Origin: Auanema rhodensis
Lineage: Eukaryota; Animalia; Nematoda
Assembly (NCBI GenBank): GCA_964057225.1
Contig: CAXKVF010000088.1
Span: forward strand, 62,001-126,000
Reading direction: 5' to 3'
Length of the DNA stretch: 64,000 nt
The position numbers were made by a program, and so were the translations under genes. Below the pieces are notes generated by a model, which did not search any database, was not told the origin of the DNA, and saw only the letters and a program-made list of their open reading frames with translations. Below, one piece after another: positions 1-13,376 of this stretch; within the stretch, counting starts at the first letter, position 1; every line of letters begins with the position of its first letter.

Positions 1-86
1 TACCATAAAGCAATATCAATAAAAATTTGTTTTTAGACTAATATGGACATGGGGAATCTAATTTTGAAAACCGCATCTCTTTATCT

Positions 87-161
87 TTCACGTGAAGCGA
101 GTTACATACCAAGTGCACATCACGTGTACATTTAATTAGCATAAATTAAAGTTCACGTAAA
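87..161. other. Three TCACGT cores per monomer, two of them full CACGTG E-box/G-box palindromes (first monomer shown)
   Basis: TTCACGTGAA at 87-96, ATCACGTGTA at 119-128 and TTCACGTAAA at 152-161. The motifs are directly visible, but no function is shown. Confidence 0.6.
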
Positions 162-170
162 TTTCAAAGT

Positions 171-183
171 CATGGTTACCATG
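171..183. other. Dyad CATGGT-T-ACCATG in nearly every monomer (first occurrence shown), containing GGTNACC
   Basis: Perfect 6-bp inverted arms around a single T. The arms extend to 7 bp (TCATGGT-T-ACCATGA) in GAAC and GAAG monomers. Confidence 0.75.
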
Positions 184-3100
184 CACCAATATCAATAAAA
201 ATTTGTTTTTAGACTAATATGGACATGGGGGATCTAATTTTGAAAACCGCATCTCTTTATCTTTTACGTGAAGCGAGTTACATACCAAGTGCACATCACG
301 TGTAGATTTAATTAGCATAAATTAAAGTTCACGTAAATTTCAAAGTCATGGTTACCATGAACCAATATCAATAAAAATTTGTTTTTAGACTAATATGGAC
401 ATGGGTAATCTAATTTTGAAAACCGCATCTCTTTATCTTTCACGTGAAGCGAGTTACATACCAAGTGCACATCACGTGTACATTTAATTAGCATAAATCA
501 AAGTTCACGTAAATTTCAAAGTCATGGTTACCATGCACCAATATCAATAAAAATTTGTTTTTAGACTAATATGGACATGGGGGATCTAATTTTGAAAACC
601 GCATCTCTTTATCTTTCACGTGAAGCGAGTTACATACCAAGTGCACATCACGTGTACATTTAATTAGCATAAATTAAAGTTCACGTAAATTTCAAAGTCA
701 TGGTTACCATGAAGCAATATCAATAAAAATTTGTTTTTAGACTAATATGGACATGGGGAATCTAATTTTGGAAACCGCATCTCTTTATCTTTCACGTGAA
801 GCGAGTTACATACCAAGTGCACATCACGTGTACATTTAATTAGCATAAATTAAAGTTCACGTAAATTTCAAAGTCATGGTTACCATGAAGCAATATCAAT
901 AAAAATTTGTTTTCAGACTAATATGGACATGGGGGATCTAATTTTGAAAACCGCATCTCTTTATCTTTCACGTGAAGCGAGTTACATACCAAGTGCACAT
1001 CACGTGTAGATTTAATTAGCATAAATTAAAGTTCACGTAAATTTCAAAGTCATGGTTACCATGAACCAATATCAATAAAAATTTGTTTTTAGACTAATAT
1101 GGACATGGGGAATCTAATTTTGGAAACCGCATCTCTTTATCTTTCACGTGAAGCGAGTTACATACCAAGTGCACATCACGTGTACATTTAATTAGCATAA
1201 ATTAAAGTTCACGTAAATTTCAAAGTCATGGTTACCATGAAGCAATATCAATAAAAATTTGTTTTTAGACTAATATGGACATGGGGGATCTAATTTTGAA
1301 AACCGCATCTCTTTATCTTTCACGTGAAGCGAGTTACATACCAAGTGCACATCACGTGTAGATTTAATTAGCATAAATTAAAGTTCACGTAAATTTCAAA
1401 GTCATGGTTACCATAAAGCAATATCAATAAAAATTTGTTTTTAGACTAATATGGACATGGGGAATCTAATTTTGAAAACCGCATCTCTTTATCTTTCACG
1501 TGAAGCGAGTTACATACCAAGTGCACATCACGTGTACATTTAATTAGCATAAATTAAAGTTCACGTAAATTTCAAAGTCATGGTTACCATGAACCAATAT
1601 CAATAAAAATTTGTTTCTAGACTAATATGGACATGAGTAATCTAATTTTGAAAACCGCATCTCTTTATCTTTCACGTGAAGCGAGTTACATACCAAGTGC
1701 ACATCACGTGTACATTTAATTAGCATAAATCAAAGTTCACGTAAATTTCAAAGTCATGGTTACCATGCACCAATATCAATAAAAATTTGTTTTTAGACTA
1801 ATATGGACATGGGGGATCTAATTTTGAAAACCGCATCTCTTTATCTTTCACGTGAAGCGAGTTACATACCAAGTGCACATCACGTGTACATTTAATTAGC
1901 ATAAATTAAAGTTCACGTAAATTTCAAAGTCATGGTTACCATGAATCAATATCAATAAAAATTTGTTTTTAGACTAATATGGACATGGGGAATCTAATTT
2001 TGGAAACCGCATCTCTTTATCTTTCACGTGAAGCGAGTTACATACCAAGTGCACATCACGTGTACATTTAATTAGCATAAATTAAAGTTCACGTAAATTT
2101 CAAAGTCATGGTTACCATGAAGCAATATCAATAAAAATTTGTTTTTAGACTAATATGGACATGGGGAATCTAATTTTGAAAACCGCATCTCTTTATCTTT
2201 CACGTGAAGCGAGTTACATACCAAGTGCACATCACGTGTACATTTAATTAGCATAAATTAAAGTTCACGTAAATTTCAAAGTCATGGTTACCATGAAGCA
2301 ATATCAATAAAAATTTGTTTTTAGACTAATATGGACATGGGGAATCTAATTTTGAAAACCGCATCTCTTTATCTTTCACGTGAAGCGAGTTACATACCAA
2401 GTGCACATCACGTGTACATTTGATTAGCATAAATTAAAGTTCACGTAAATTTCAAAGTCATGGTTACCATGAAGCAATATCAATAAAAATTTGTTTTTAG
2501 ACTAATATGGACATGGGGAATCTAATTCTGAAAACCGCATCTCTTTATCTTTCACGTGAAGCGAGTTACATACCAAGTGCACATCACGTGTACATTTAAT
2601 TAGCATAAATTAAAGTTCACGTAAATTTCAAAGTCATGGTTACCATGAACCAATATCAATAAAAATTTGTTTTTAGACTAATATGGACATGGGGAATCTA
2701 ATTTTGAAAACCGCATCTCTTTATCTTTCACGTGAAGCGAGTTACATACCAAGTGCACATCACGTGTACATTTAATTAGCATAAATTAAAGTTCACGTAA
2801 ATTTCAAAGTCATGGTTACCATAAAGCAATATCAATAAAAATTTGTTTTTAGACTAATATGGACATGGGGAATCTAATTTTGAAAACCGCATCTCTTTAT
2901 CTTTCACGTGAAGCGAGTTACATACCAAGTGCACATCACGTGTACATTTAATTAGCATAAATTAAAGTTCACGTAAATTTCAAAGTCATGGTTACCATGA
3001 ACCAATATCAATAAAAATTTGTTTTTAGACTAATATGGACATGGGTAATCTAATTTTGAAAACCGCATCTCTTTATCTTTCACGTGAAGCGAGTTACATA

Positions 3101-6100
3101 CCAAGTGCACATCACGTGTACATTTAATTAGCATAAATTAAAGTTCACGTAAATTTCAAAGTCATGGTTACCATGAACCAATATCAATAAAAATTTGTTT
3201 TTAGACTAATATGGACATGGGGAATCTAATTTTGGAAACCGCATCTCTTTATCTTTCACGTGAAGCGAGTTACATACCAAGTGCACATCACGTGTACATT
3301 TAATTAGCATAAATTAAAGTTCACGTAAATTTCAAAGTCATGGTTACCATGAACCAATATCAATAAAAATTTGTTTTTAGACTAATATGGACATGGGGAA
3401 TCTAATTTTGGAAACCGCATCTCTTTATCTTTCACGTGAAGCGAGTTACATACCAAGTGCACATCACGTGTACATTTAATTAGCATAAATTAAAGTTCAC
3501 GTAAATTTCAAAGTCATGGTTACCATGAAGCCATATCAATAAAAATTTGTTTTTAGACTAATATGGACATGGGGAATCTAATTTTGAAAACCGCATCTCT
3601 TTATCTTTCACGTGAAGCGAGTTACATACCAAGTGCACATCACGTGTACATTTAATTAGCATAAATTAAAGTTCACGTAAATTTCAAAGTCATGGTTACC
3701 ATAAAGCAATATCAATAAAAATTTGTTTTTAGACTAATATGGACATGGGGAATCTAATTTTGAAAACCGCATCTCTTTATCTTTCACGTGAAGCGAGTTA
3801 CATACCAAGTGCACATCACGTGTACATTTAATTAGCATAAATTAAAGTTCACGTAAATTTCAAAGTCATGGTTACCATGAACCAATATCAATAAAAATTT
3901 GTTTTTAGACTAATATGGACATGGGGGATCTAATTTTGAAAACCGCATCTCTTTATCTTTCACGTGAAGCGAGTTACATACCAAGTGCACATCACGTGTA
4001 GATTTAATTAGCATAAATTAAAGTTCACGTAAATTTCAAAGTCATGGTTACCATGAACCAATATCAATAAAAATTTGTTTTTAGACTAATATGGACATGG
4101 GAAATCTAATTTTGAAAACCGCATCTCTTTATCTTTCACGTGAAGCGAGTTACATACCAAGTGCACATCACGTGTACATTTAATTAGCATAAATTAAAGT
4201 TCACGTAAATTTCAAAGTCATGGTTACCATGAACCAATATCAATAAAAATTTGTTTTTAGACTAATATGGACATGGGGAATCTAATTTTGAAAACCGCAT
4301 CTCTTTATCTTTCACGTGAAGCGAGTTACATACCAAGTGCACATCACGTGTACATTTAATTAGCATAAATTAAAGTTCACGTAAATTTCAAAGTCATGGT
4401 TACCATGAACCAATATCAATAAAAATTTGTTTTTAGACTAATATGGACATGGGGAATCTAATTTTGAAAACCGCATCTCTTTATCTTTCACGTGAAGCGA
4501 GTTACATACCAAGTGCACATCACGTGTACATTTAATTAGCATAAATTAAAGTTCACGTAAATTTCAAAGTCATGGTTACCATGCACCAATATCAATGAAA
4601 ATTTGTTTTTAGACTAATATGGACATGGGGGATCTAATTTTGAAAACCGCATCTCTTTATCTTTCACGTGAAGCGAGTTACATACCAAGTGCACATCACG
4701 TGTACATTTAATTAGCATAAATTAAAGTTCACGTAAATTTCAAAGTCATGGTTACCATGAACCAATATCAATAAAAATTTGTTTTTAGACTAATATGGAC
4801 ATGGGGAATCTAATTTTGGAAACCGCATCTCTTTATCTTTCACGTGAAGCGAGTTACATACCAAGTGCACATCACGTGTACATTTAATTAGCATAAATTA
4901 AAGTTCACGTAAATTTCAAAGTCATGGTTACCATGAAGCAATATCAATAAAAATTTGTTTTTAGACTAATATGGACATGGGGAATCTAATTTTGAAAACC
5001 GCATCTCTTTATCTTTCACGTGAAGCGAGTTACATACCAAGTGCACATCACGTGTACATTTAATTAGCATAAATTAAAGTTCACGTAAATTTCAAAGTCA
5101 TGGTTACCATGAAGCAATATCAATAAAAATTTGTTTTTAGACTAATATGGACATGGGGAATCTAATTCTGAAAACCGCATCTCTTTATCTTTCACGTGAA
5201 GCGAGTTACATACCAAGTGCACATCACGTGTACATTTAATTAGCATAAATTAAAGTTCACGTAAATTTCAAAGTCATGGTTACCATGAACCAATATCAAT
5301 AAAAATTTGTTTTTAGACTAATATGGACATGGGGAATCTAATTTTGAAAACCGCATCTCTTTATCTTTCACGTGAAGCGAGTTTCATACCAAGTGCACAT
5401 CACGTGTACATTTAATTAGCATAAATTAAAGTTCACGTAAATTTCAAAGTCATGGTTACCATAAAGCAATATCAATAAAAATTTGTTTTTAGACTAATAT
5501 GGACATGGGGAATCTAATTTTGAAAACCGCATCTCTTTATCTTTCACGTGAAGCGAGTTACATACCAAGTGCACATCACGTGTACATTTAATTAGCATAA
5601 ATTAAAGTTCACGTAAATTTCAAAGTCATGGTTACCATGAACCAATATCAATAAAAATTTGTTTTTAGACTAATATGGACATGGGTAATCTAATTTTGAA
5701 AACCGCATCTCTTTATCTTTCACGTGAAGCGAGTTACATACCAAGTGCACATCACGTGTACATTTAATTAGCATAAATTAAAGTTCACGTAAATTTCAAA
5801 GTCATGGTTACCATGAACCAATATCAATAAAAATTTGTTTTTAGACTAATATGGACATGGGGAATCTAATTTTGGAAACCGCATCTCTTTATCTTTCACG
5901 TGAAGCGAGTTACATACCAAGTGCACATCACGTGTACATTTAATTAGCATAAATTAAAGTTCACGTAAATTTCAAAGTCATGGTTACCATGAACCAATAT
6001 CAATAAAAATTTGTTTTTAGACTAATATGGACATGGGGAATCTAATTTTGAAAACCGCATCTCTTTATCTTTCACGTGAAGCGAGTTACATACCAAGTGC

Positions 6101-7568
6101 ACATCACGTGTACATTTAATTCGCATAAATTAAAGTTCACGTAAATTTCAAAGTCATGGTTACCATGAACCAATATCAATAAAAATTTGTTTTTAGACTA
6201 ATATGGACATGGGGAATCTAATTTTGGAAACCGCATCTCTTTATCTTTCACGTGAAGCGAGTTACATACCAAGTGCACATCACGTGTACATTTAATTAGC
6301 ATAAATTAAAGTTCACGTAAATTTCAAAGTCATGGTTACCATGAACCAATATCAATAAAAATTTGTTTTTAGACTAATATGGACATGGGGAATCTAATTT
6401 TGAAAACCGCATCTCTTTATCTTTCACGTGAAGCGAGTTACATACCAAGTGCACATCACGTGTACATTTAATTAGCATAAATTAAAGTTCACGTAAATTT
6501 CAAAGTCATGGTTACCATGAAGCCATATCAATAAAAATTTGTTTTTAGACTAATATGGACATGGGGAATCTAATTTTGAAAACCGCATCTCTTTATCTTT
6601 CACGTGAAGCGAGTTACATACCAAGTGCACATCACGTGTACATTTAATTAGCATAAATTAAAGTTCACGTAAATTTCAAAGTCATGGTTACCATGAAGCA
6701 ATATCAATAAAAATTTGTTTTTAGACTAATATGGACATGGGGAATCTAATTTTGAAAACCGCATCTCTTTATCTTTCACGTGAAGCGAGTTACATACCAA
6801 GTGCACATCACGTGTACATTTAATTAGCATAAATTAAAGTTCACGTAAATTTCAAAGTCATGGTTACCATGAACCAATATCAATAAAAATTTGTTTTTAG
6901 ACTAATATGGACATGGGGAATCTAATTTTGAAAACCGCATCTCTTTATCTTTCACGTGAAGCGAGTTACATACCAAGTGCACATCACGTGTACATTTAAT
7001 TAGCATAAATTAAAGTTCACGTAAATTTCAAAGTCATGGTTACCATGAACCAATATCAATAAAAATTTGTTTTTAGACTAATATGGACATGGGGAATCTA
7101 ATTTTGAAAACCGCATCTCTTTATCTTTCACGTGAAGCGAGTTACATACCAAGTGCACATCACGTGTACATTTAATTAGCATAAATTAAAGTTCACGTAA
7201 ATTTCAAAGTCATGGTTACCATGAAGCAATATCAATAAAAATTTGTTTTTAGACTAATATGGACATGGGGAATCTAATTTTGAAAACCGCATCTCTTTAT
7301 CTTTCACGTGAAGCGAGTTACATACCAAGTGCACATCACGTGTACATTTAATTAGCATAAATTAAAGTTCACGTAAATTTCAAAGTCATGGTTACCATGA
7401 ACCAATATCAATAAAAATTTGTTTTTAGACTAATATGGACATGGGGAATCTAATTTTGAAAACCGCATCTCTTTATCTTTCACGTGAAGCGAGTTACATA
7501 CCAAGTGCACATCACGTGTACATTTAATTAGCATAAATTAAAGTTCACGTAAATTTCAAAGTCATGGT

Positions 7569-10500
7569 TACCATGAAGCAATATCAATAAAAATTTGTTT
7601 TTAGACTAATATGGACATGGGGAATCTAATTTTGAAAACCGCATCTCTTTATCTTTCACGTGAAGCGAGTTACATACCAAGTGCACATCACGTGTACATT
7701 TAATTAGCATAAATTAAAGTTCACGTAAATTTCAAAGTCATGGTTACCATGAAGCAATATCAATAAAAATTTGTTTTTAGACTAATATGGACATGGGGAA
7801 TCTAATTTTGAAAACCGCATCTCTTTATCTTTCACGTGAAGCGAGTTACATACCAAGTGCACATGACGTGTACATTTAATTAGCATAAATTAAAGTTCAC
7901 GTAAATTTCAAAGTCATGGTTACCATGAACCAATATCAATAAAAATTTGTTTTTAGACTAATATGGACATGGGGAATCTAATTTTGAAAACCGCATCTCT
8001 TTATCTTTCACGTGAAGCGAGTTACATACCAAGTGCACATCACGTGTACATTTAATTAGCATAAATTAAAGTTCACGTAAATTTCAAAGTCATGGTTACC
8101 ATGAACCAATATCAATAAAAATTTGTTTTTAGACTAATATGGACATTGGGAATCTAATTTTGAAAACCGCATCTCTTTATCTTTCACGTGAAGCGAGTTA
8201 CATACCAAGTGCACATCACGTGTACATTTAATTAGCATAAATTAAAGTTCACGTAAATTTCAAAGTCATGGTTACCATGCACCAATATCAATAAAAATTT
8301 GTTTTTAGACTAATATGGACATGGGGAATCTAATTTTGAAAACCGCATCTTTTTATCTTTCACGTGAAGCGAGTTACATACCAAGTGCACATCACGTGTA
8401 GATTTAATTAGCATAAATTAAAGTTCACGTAAATTTCAAAGTCATGGTTACCATGAACCAATATCAATAAAAATTTGTTTTTAGACTAATATGGACATGG
8501 GTAATCTAATTTTGAAAACCGCATCTCTTTATCTTTCACGTGAAGGGAGTTACATACCAAGTGCACATCACGTGTACATTTAATTAGCATAAATCAAAGT
8601 TCACGTAAATTTCAAAGTCATGGTTACCATGCACCAATATCAATAAAAATTTGTTTTTAGACTAATATGGACATGGGGGATCTAATTTTGAAAACCGCAT
8701 CTCTTCATCTTTCACGTGAAGCGAGTTACATACCAAGTGCACATCACGTGTACATTTAATTAGCATAAATTAAAGTTCACGTAAATTTCAAAGTCATGGT
8801 TACCATTAAGCAATATCAATAAAAATTTGTTTTTAGACTAATATGGACATGGGGAATCTAATTTTGAAAACCGCATCTCTTTATCTTTCACGTGAAGCGA
8901 GTTACATACCAAGTGCACATCACGTGTACATTTAATTAGCATAAATTAAAGTTCACGTAAATTTCAAAGTCATGGTTACCATGCACCAATATCAATAAAA
9001 ATTTGTTTTTAGACTAATATGGACATGGGGAATCTAATTTTGAAAACCGCATCTCTTTATCTTTCACGTGAAGCGAGTTACATACCAAGTGCACATCACG
9101 TGTACATTTAATTAGCATAAATTAAAGTTCACGTAAATTTCAAAGTCATGGTTACCATGCACCAATATCAATAAAAATTTGTTTTTAGACTAATATGGAC
9201 ATGGGGAATCTAATTTTGAAAACCGCATCTCTTTATCTTTCACGTGAAGCGAGTTACATACCAAGTGCACATCACGTGTACATTTAATTAGCATAAATTA
9301 AAGTTCACGTAAATTTCAAAGTCATGGTTACCATGCACCAATATCAATAAAAATTTGTTTTTAGACTAATATGGACATGGGGAATCTAATTTTGAAAACC
9401 GCATCTCTTTATCTTTCACGTGAAGCGAGTTACATACCAAGTGCACATTACGTGTACATTTAATTAGCATAAATTAAAGTTCACGTAAATTTCAAAGTCA
9501 TGGTTACCATGCACCAATATCAATAAAAATTTGTTTTTAGACTAATATGGACATGGGGAATCTAATTTTGAAAACCGCATCTCTTTATCTTTCACGTGAA
9601 GCGAGTTACATACCAAGTGCACATTACGTGTACATTTAATTAGCATAAATTAAAGTTCACGTAAATTTCAAAGTCATGGTTACCATGCACCAATATCAAT
9701 AAAAATTTGTTTTTAGACTAATATGGACATGGGGAATCTAATTTTGAAAACCGCATCTCTTTATCTTTCACGTGAAGCGAGTTACATACCAAGTGCACAT
9801 CACGTGTACATTTAATTAGCATAAATTAAAGTTCACGTAAATTTCAAAGTCATGGTTACCATGAAGCAATATCAATAAAAATTTGTTTTTAGACTAATAT
9901 GGACATGGGGAATCTAATTTTGAAAACCGCATCTCTTTATCTTTCACGTGAAGCGAGTTACATACCAAGTGCACATCACGTGTACATTTAATTAGCATAA
10001 ATTAAAGTTCACGTAAATTTCAAAGTCATGGTTACCATGAAGCAATATCAATAAAAATTTGTTTTTAGACTAATATGGACATGGGGAATCTAATTTTGAA
10101 AACCGCATCTCTTTATCTTTCACGTGAAGCGAGTTACATACCAAGTGCACATGACGTGTACATTTAATTAGCATAAATTAAAGTTCACGTAAATTTCAAA
10201 GTCATGGTTACCATGAACCAATATCAATAAAAATTTGTTTTTAGACTAATATGGACATGGGGAATCTAATTTTGAAAACCGCATCTCTTTATCTTTCACG
10301 TGAAGCGAGTTACATACCAAGTGCACATCACGTGTACATTTAATTAGCATAAATTAAAGTTCACGTAAATTTCAAAGTCATGGTTACCATGAACCAATAT
10401 CAATAAAAATTTGTTTTTAGACTAATATGGACATTGGGAATCTAATTTTGAAAACCGCATCTCTTTATCTTTCACGTGAAGCGAGTTACATACCAAGTGC

Positions 10501-12144
10501 ACATCACGTGTACATTTAATTAGCATAAATTAAAGTTCACGTAAATTTCAAAGTCATGGTTACCATGCACCAATATCAATAAAAATTTGTTTTTAGACTA
10601 ATATGGACATGGGGAATCTAATTTTGAAAACCGCATCTTTTTATCTTTCACGTGAAGCGAGTTACATACCAAGTGCACATCACGTGTAGATTTAATTAGC
10701 ATAAATTAAAGTTCACGTAAATTTCAAAGTCATGGTTACCATGAACCAATATCAATAAAAATTTGTTTTTAGACTAATATGGACATGGGTAATCTAATTT
10801 TGAAAACCGCATCTCTTTATCTTTCACGTGAAGGGAGTTACATACCAAGTGCACATCACGTGTACATTTAATTAGCATAAATCAAAGTTCACGTAAATTT
10901 CAAAGTCATGGTTACCATGCACCAATATCAATAAAAATTTGTTTTTAGACTAATATGGACATGGGGGATCTAATTTTGAAAACCGCATCTCTTCATCTTT
11001 CACGTGAAGCGAGTTACATACCAAGTGCACATCACGTGTACATTTAATTAGCATAAATTAAAGTTCACGTAAATTTCAAAGTCATGGTTACCATTAAGCA
11101 ATATCAATAAAAATTTGTTTTTAGACTAATATGGACATGGGGAATCTAATTTTGAAAACCGCATCTCTTTATCTTTCACGTGAAGCGAGTTACATACCAA
11201 GTGCACATCACGTGTACATTTAATTAGCATAAATTAAAGTTCACGTAAATTTCAAAGTCATGGTTACCATGCACCAATATCAATAAAAATTTGTTTTTAG
11301 ACTAATATGGACATGGGGAATCTAATTTTGAAAACCGCATCTCTTTATCTTTCACGTGAAGCGAGTTACATACCAAGTGCACATCACGTGTACATTTAAT
11401 TAGCATAAATTAAAGTTCACGTAAATTTCAAAGTCATGGTTACCATGCACCAATATCAATAAAAATTTGTTTTTAGACTAATATGGACATGGGGAATCTA
11501 ATTTTGAAAACCGCATCTCTTTATCTTTCACGTGAAGCGAGTTACATACCAAGTGCACATCACGTGTACATTTAATTAGCATAAATTAAAGTTCACGTAA
11601 ATTTCAAAGTCATGGTTACCATGCACCAATATCAATAAAAATTTGTTTTTAGACTAATATGGACATGGGGAATCTAATTTTGAAAACCGCATCTCTTTAT
11701 CTTTCACGTGAAGCGAGTTACATACCAAGTGCACATTACGTGTACATTTAATTAGCATAAATTAAAGTTCACGTAAATTTCAAAGTCATGGTTACCATGC
11801 ACCAATATCAATAAAAATTTGTTTTTAGACTAATATGGACATGGGGAATCTAATTTTGAAAACCGCATCTCTTTATCTTTCACGTGAAGCGAGTTACATA
11901 CCAAGTGCACATCACGTGTACATTTAATTAGCATAAATTAAAGTTCACGTAAATTTCAAAGTCATGGTTACCATGCACCAATATCAATAAAAATTTGTTT
12001 TTAGACTAATATGGACATGGGGAATCTAATTTTGAAAACCGCATCTCTTTATCTTTCACGTGAAGCGAGTTACATACCAAGTGCACATTACGTGTACATT
12101 TAATTAGCATAAATTAAAGTTCACGTAAATTTCAAAGTCATGGT
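7569..12144. repeat. 13-monomer (2288-bp) tandem higher-order duplication
   Basis: Rare variants recur in pairs 2288 bp apart: ACATGACGTG 7865/10153, GACATTGGG 8147/10435, CCATTAAG 8807/11095. The C79T+C129G monomer and the G54T+C98G+T147C monomer are also paired. Confidence 0.93.
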
Positions 12145-13376
12145 TACCATGCACCAATATCAATAAAAATTTGTTTTTAGACTAATATGGACATGGGGAA
12201 TCTAATTTTGAAAACCGCATCTCTTTATCTTTCACGTGAAGCGAGTTACATACCAAGTGCACATCACGTGTACATTTAATTAGCATAAATTAAAGTTCAC
12301 GTAAATTTCAAAGTCATGGTTACCATGAACCAATATCAATAAAAATTTGTTTTTAGACTAATATGGACATGGGGAATCTAATTTTGAAAACCGCATCTCT
12401 TTATCTTTCACGTGAAGCGAGTTACATACCAAGTGCACATCACGTGTACATTTAATTAGCATAAATTAAAGTTCACGTAAATTTCAAAGTCATGGTTACC
12501 ATGAACCAATATCAATACAAATTTGTTTTTAGACTAATATGGACATGGGGAATCTAATTTTGAAAACCGCATCTCTTTATCTTTCACGTGAAGCGAGTTA
12601 CATACCAAGTGCACATTACGTGTACATTTAATTAGCATAAATTAAAGTTCACGTAAAATTCAAAGTCATGGTTACCATGCACCAATATCAATAAAAATTT
12701 GTTTTTAGACTAATATGGACATGGGGAATCTAATTTTGAAAACCGCATCTCTTTATCTTTCACGTGAAGCGAGTTACATACCAAGTGCACATCACGTGTA
12801 CATTTAATTAGCATAAATTAAAGTTCACGTAAATTTCAAAGTCATGGTTACCATGCACCAATATCAATAAAAATTTGTTTTTAGACTAATATGGACATGG
12901 GGAATCTAATTTTGAAAACCGCATCTCTTTATCTTTCACGTGAAGCGAGTTACATACCAAGTGCACATCACGTGTACATTTAATTAGCATAAATTAAAGT
13001 TCACGTAAATTTCAAAGTCATGGTTACCATGAACCAATATCAATACAAATTTGTTTTTAGACTAATATGGACATGGGGAATCTAATTTTGAAAACCGCAT
13101 CTCTTTATCTTTCACGTGAAGCGAGTTACATACCAAGTGCACATCACGTGTACATTTAATTAGCATAAATTAAAGTTCACGTAAATTTCAAAGTCATGGT
13201 TACCATGCACCAATATAAATAAAAATTTGTTTTTAGACTAATATGGACATGGGGAATCTAATTTTGAAAACCGCATCTCTTTATCTTTCACGTGAAGCGA
13301 GTTACATACCAAGTGCACATCACGTGTACATTTAATTAGCATAAATTAAAGTTCACGTAAATTTCAAAGTCATGGT

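Noticed and set aside
18-34. AATAAA polyadenylation signal and T5 Pol III terminator-like run
   Set aside because: Both are expected by chance in 68% AT sequence, and there is no associated transcription unit.
1-176. Identity with known satellites of similar length (Brassica CentBr, Arabidopsis CEN178, primate alpha satellite, honey bee AluI repeat)
   Set aside because: Only the length is similar. The monomer has no AAGCTT or AGCT site and I see no canonical CENP-B box. I cannot recognise sequence homology without a search.
1-176. Tandem 5S rRNA, tRNA, snRNA or spliced-leader gene cluster
   Set aside because: At about 32% GC, with no recognisable 5S sequence, tRNA cloverleaf, or Pol III A/B boxes, none of these is supported.
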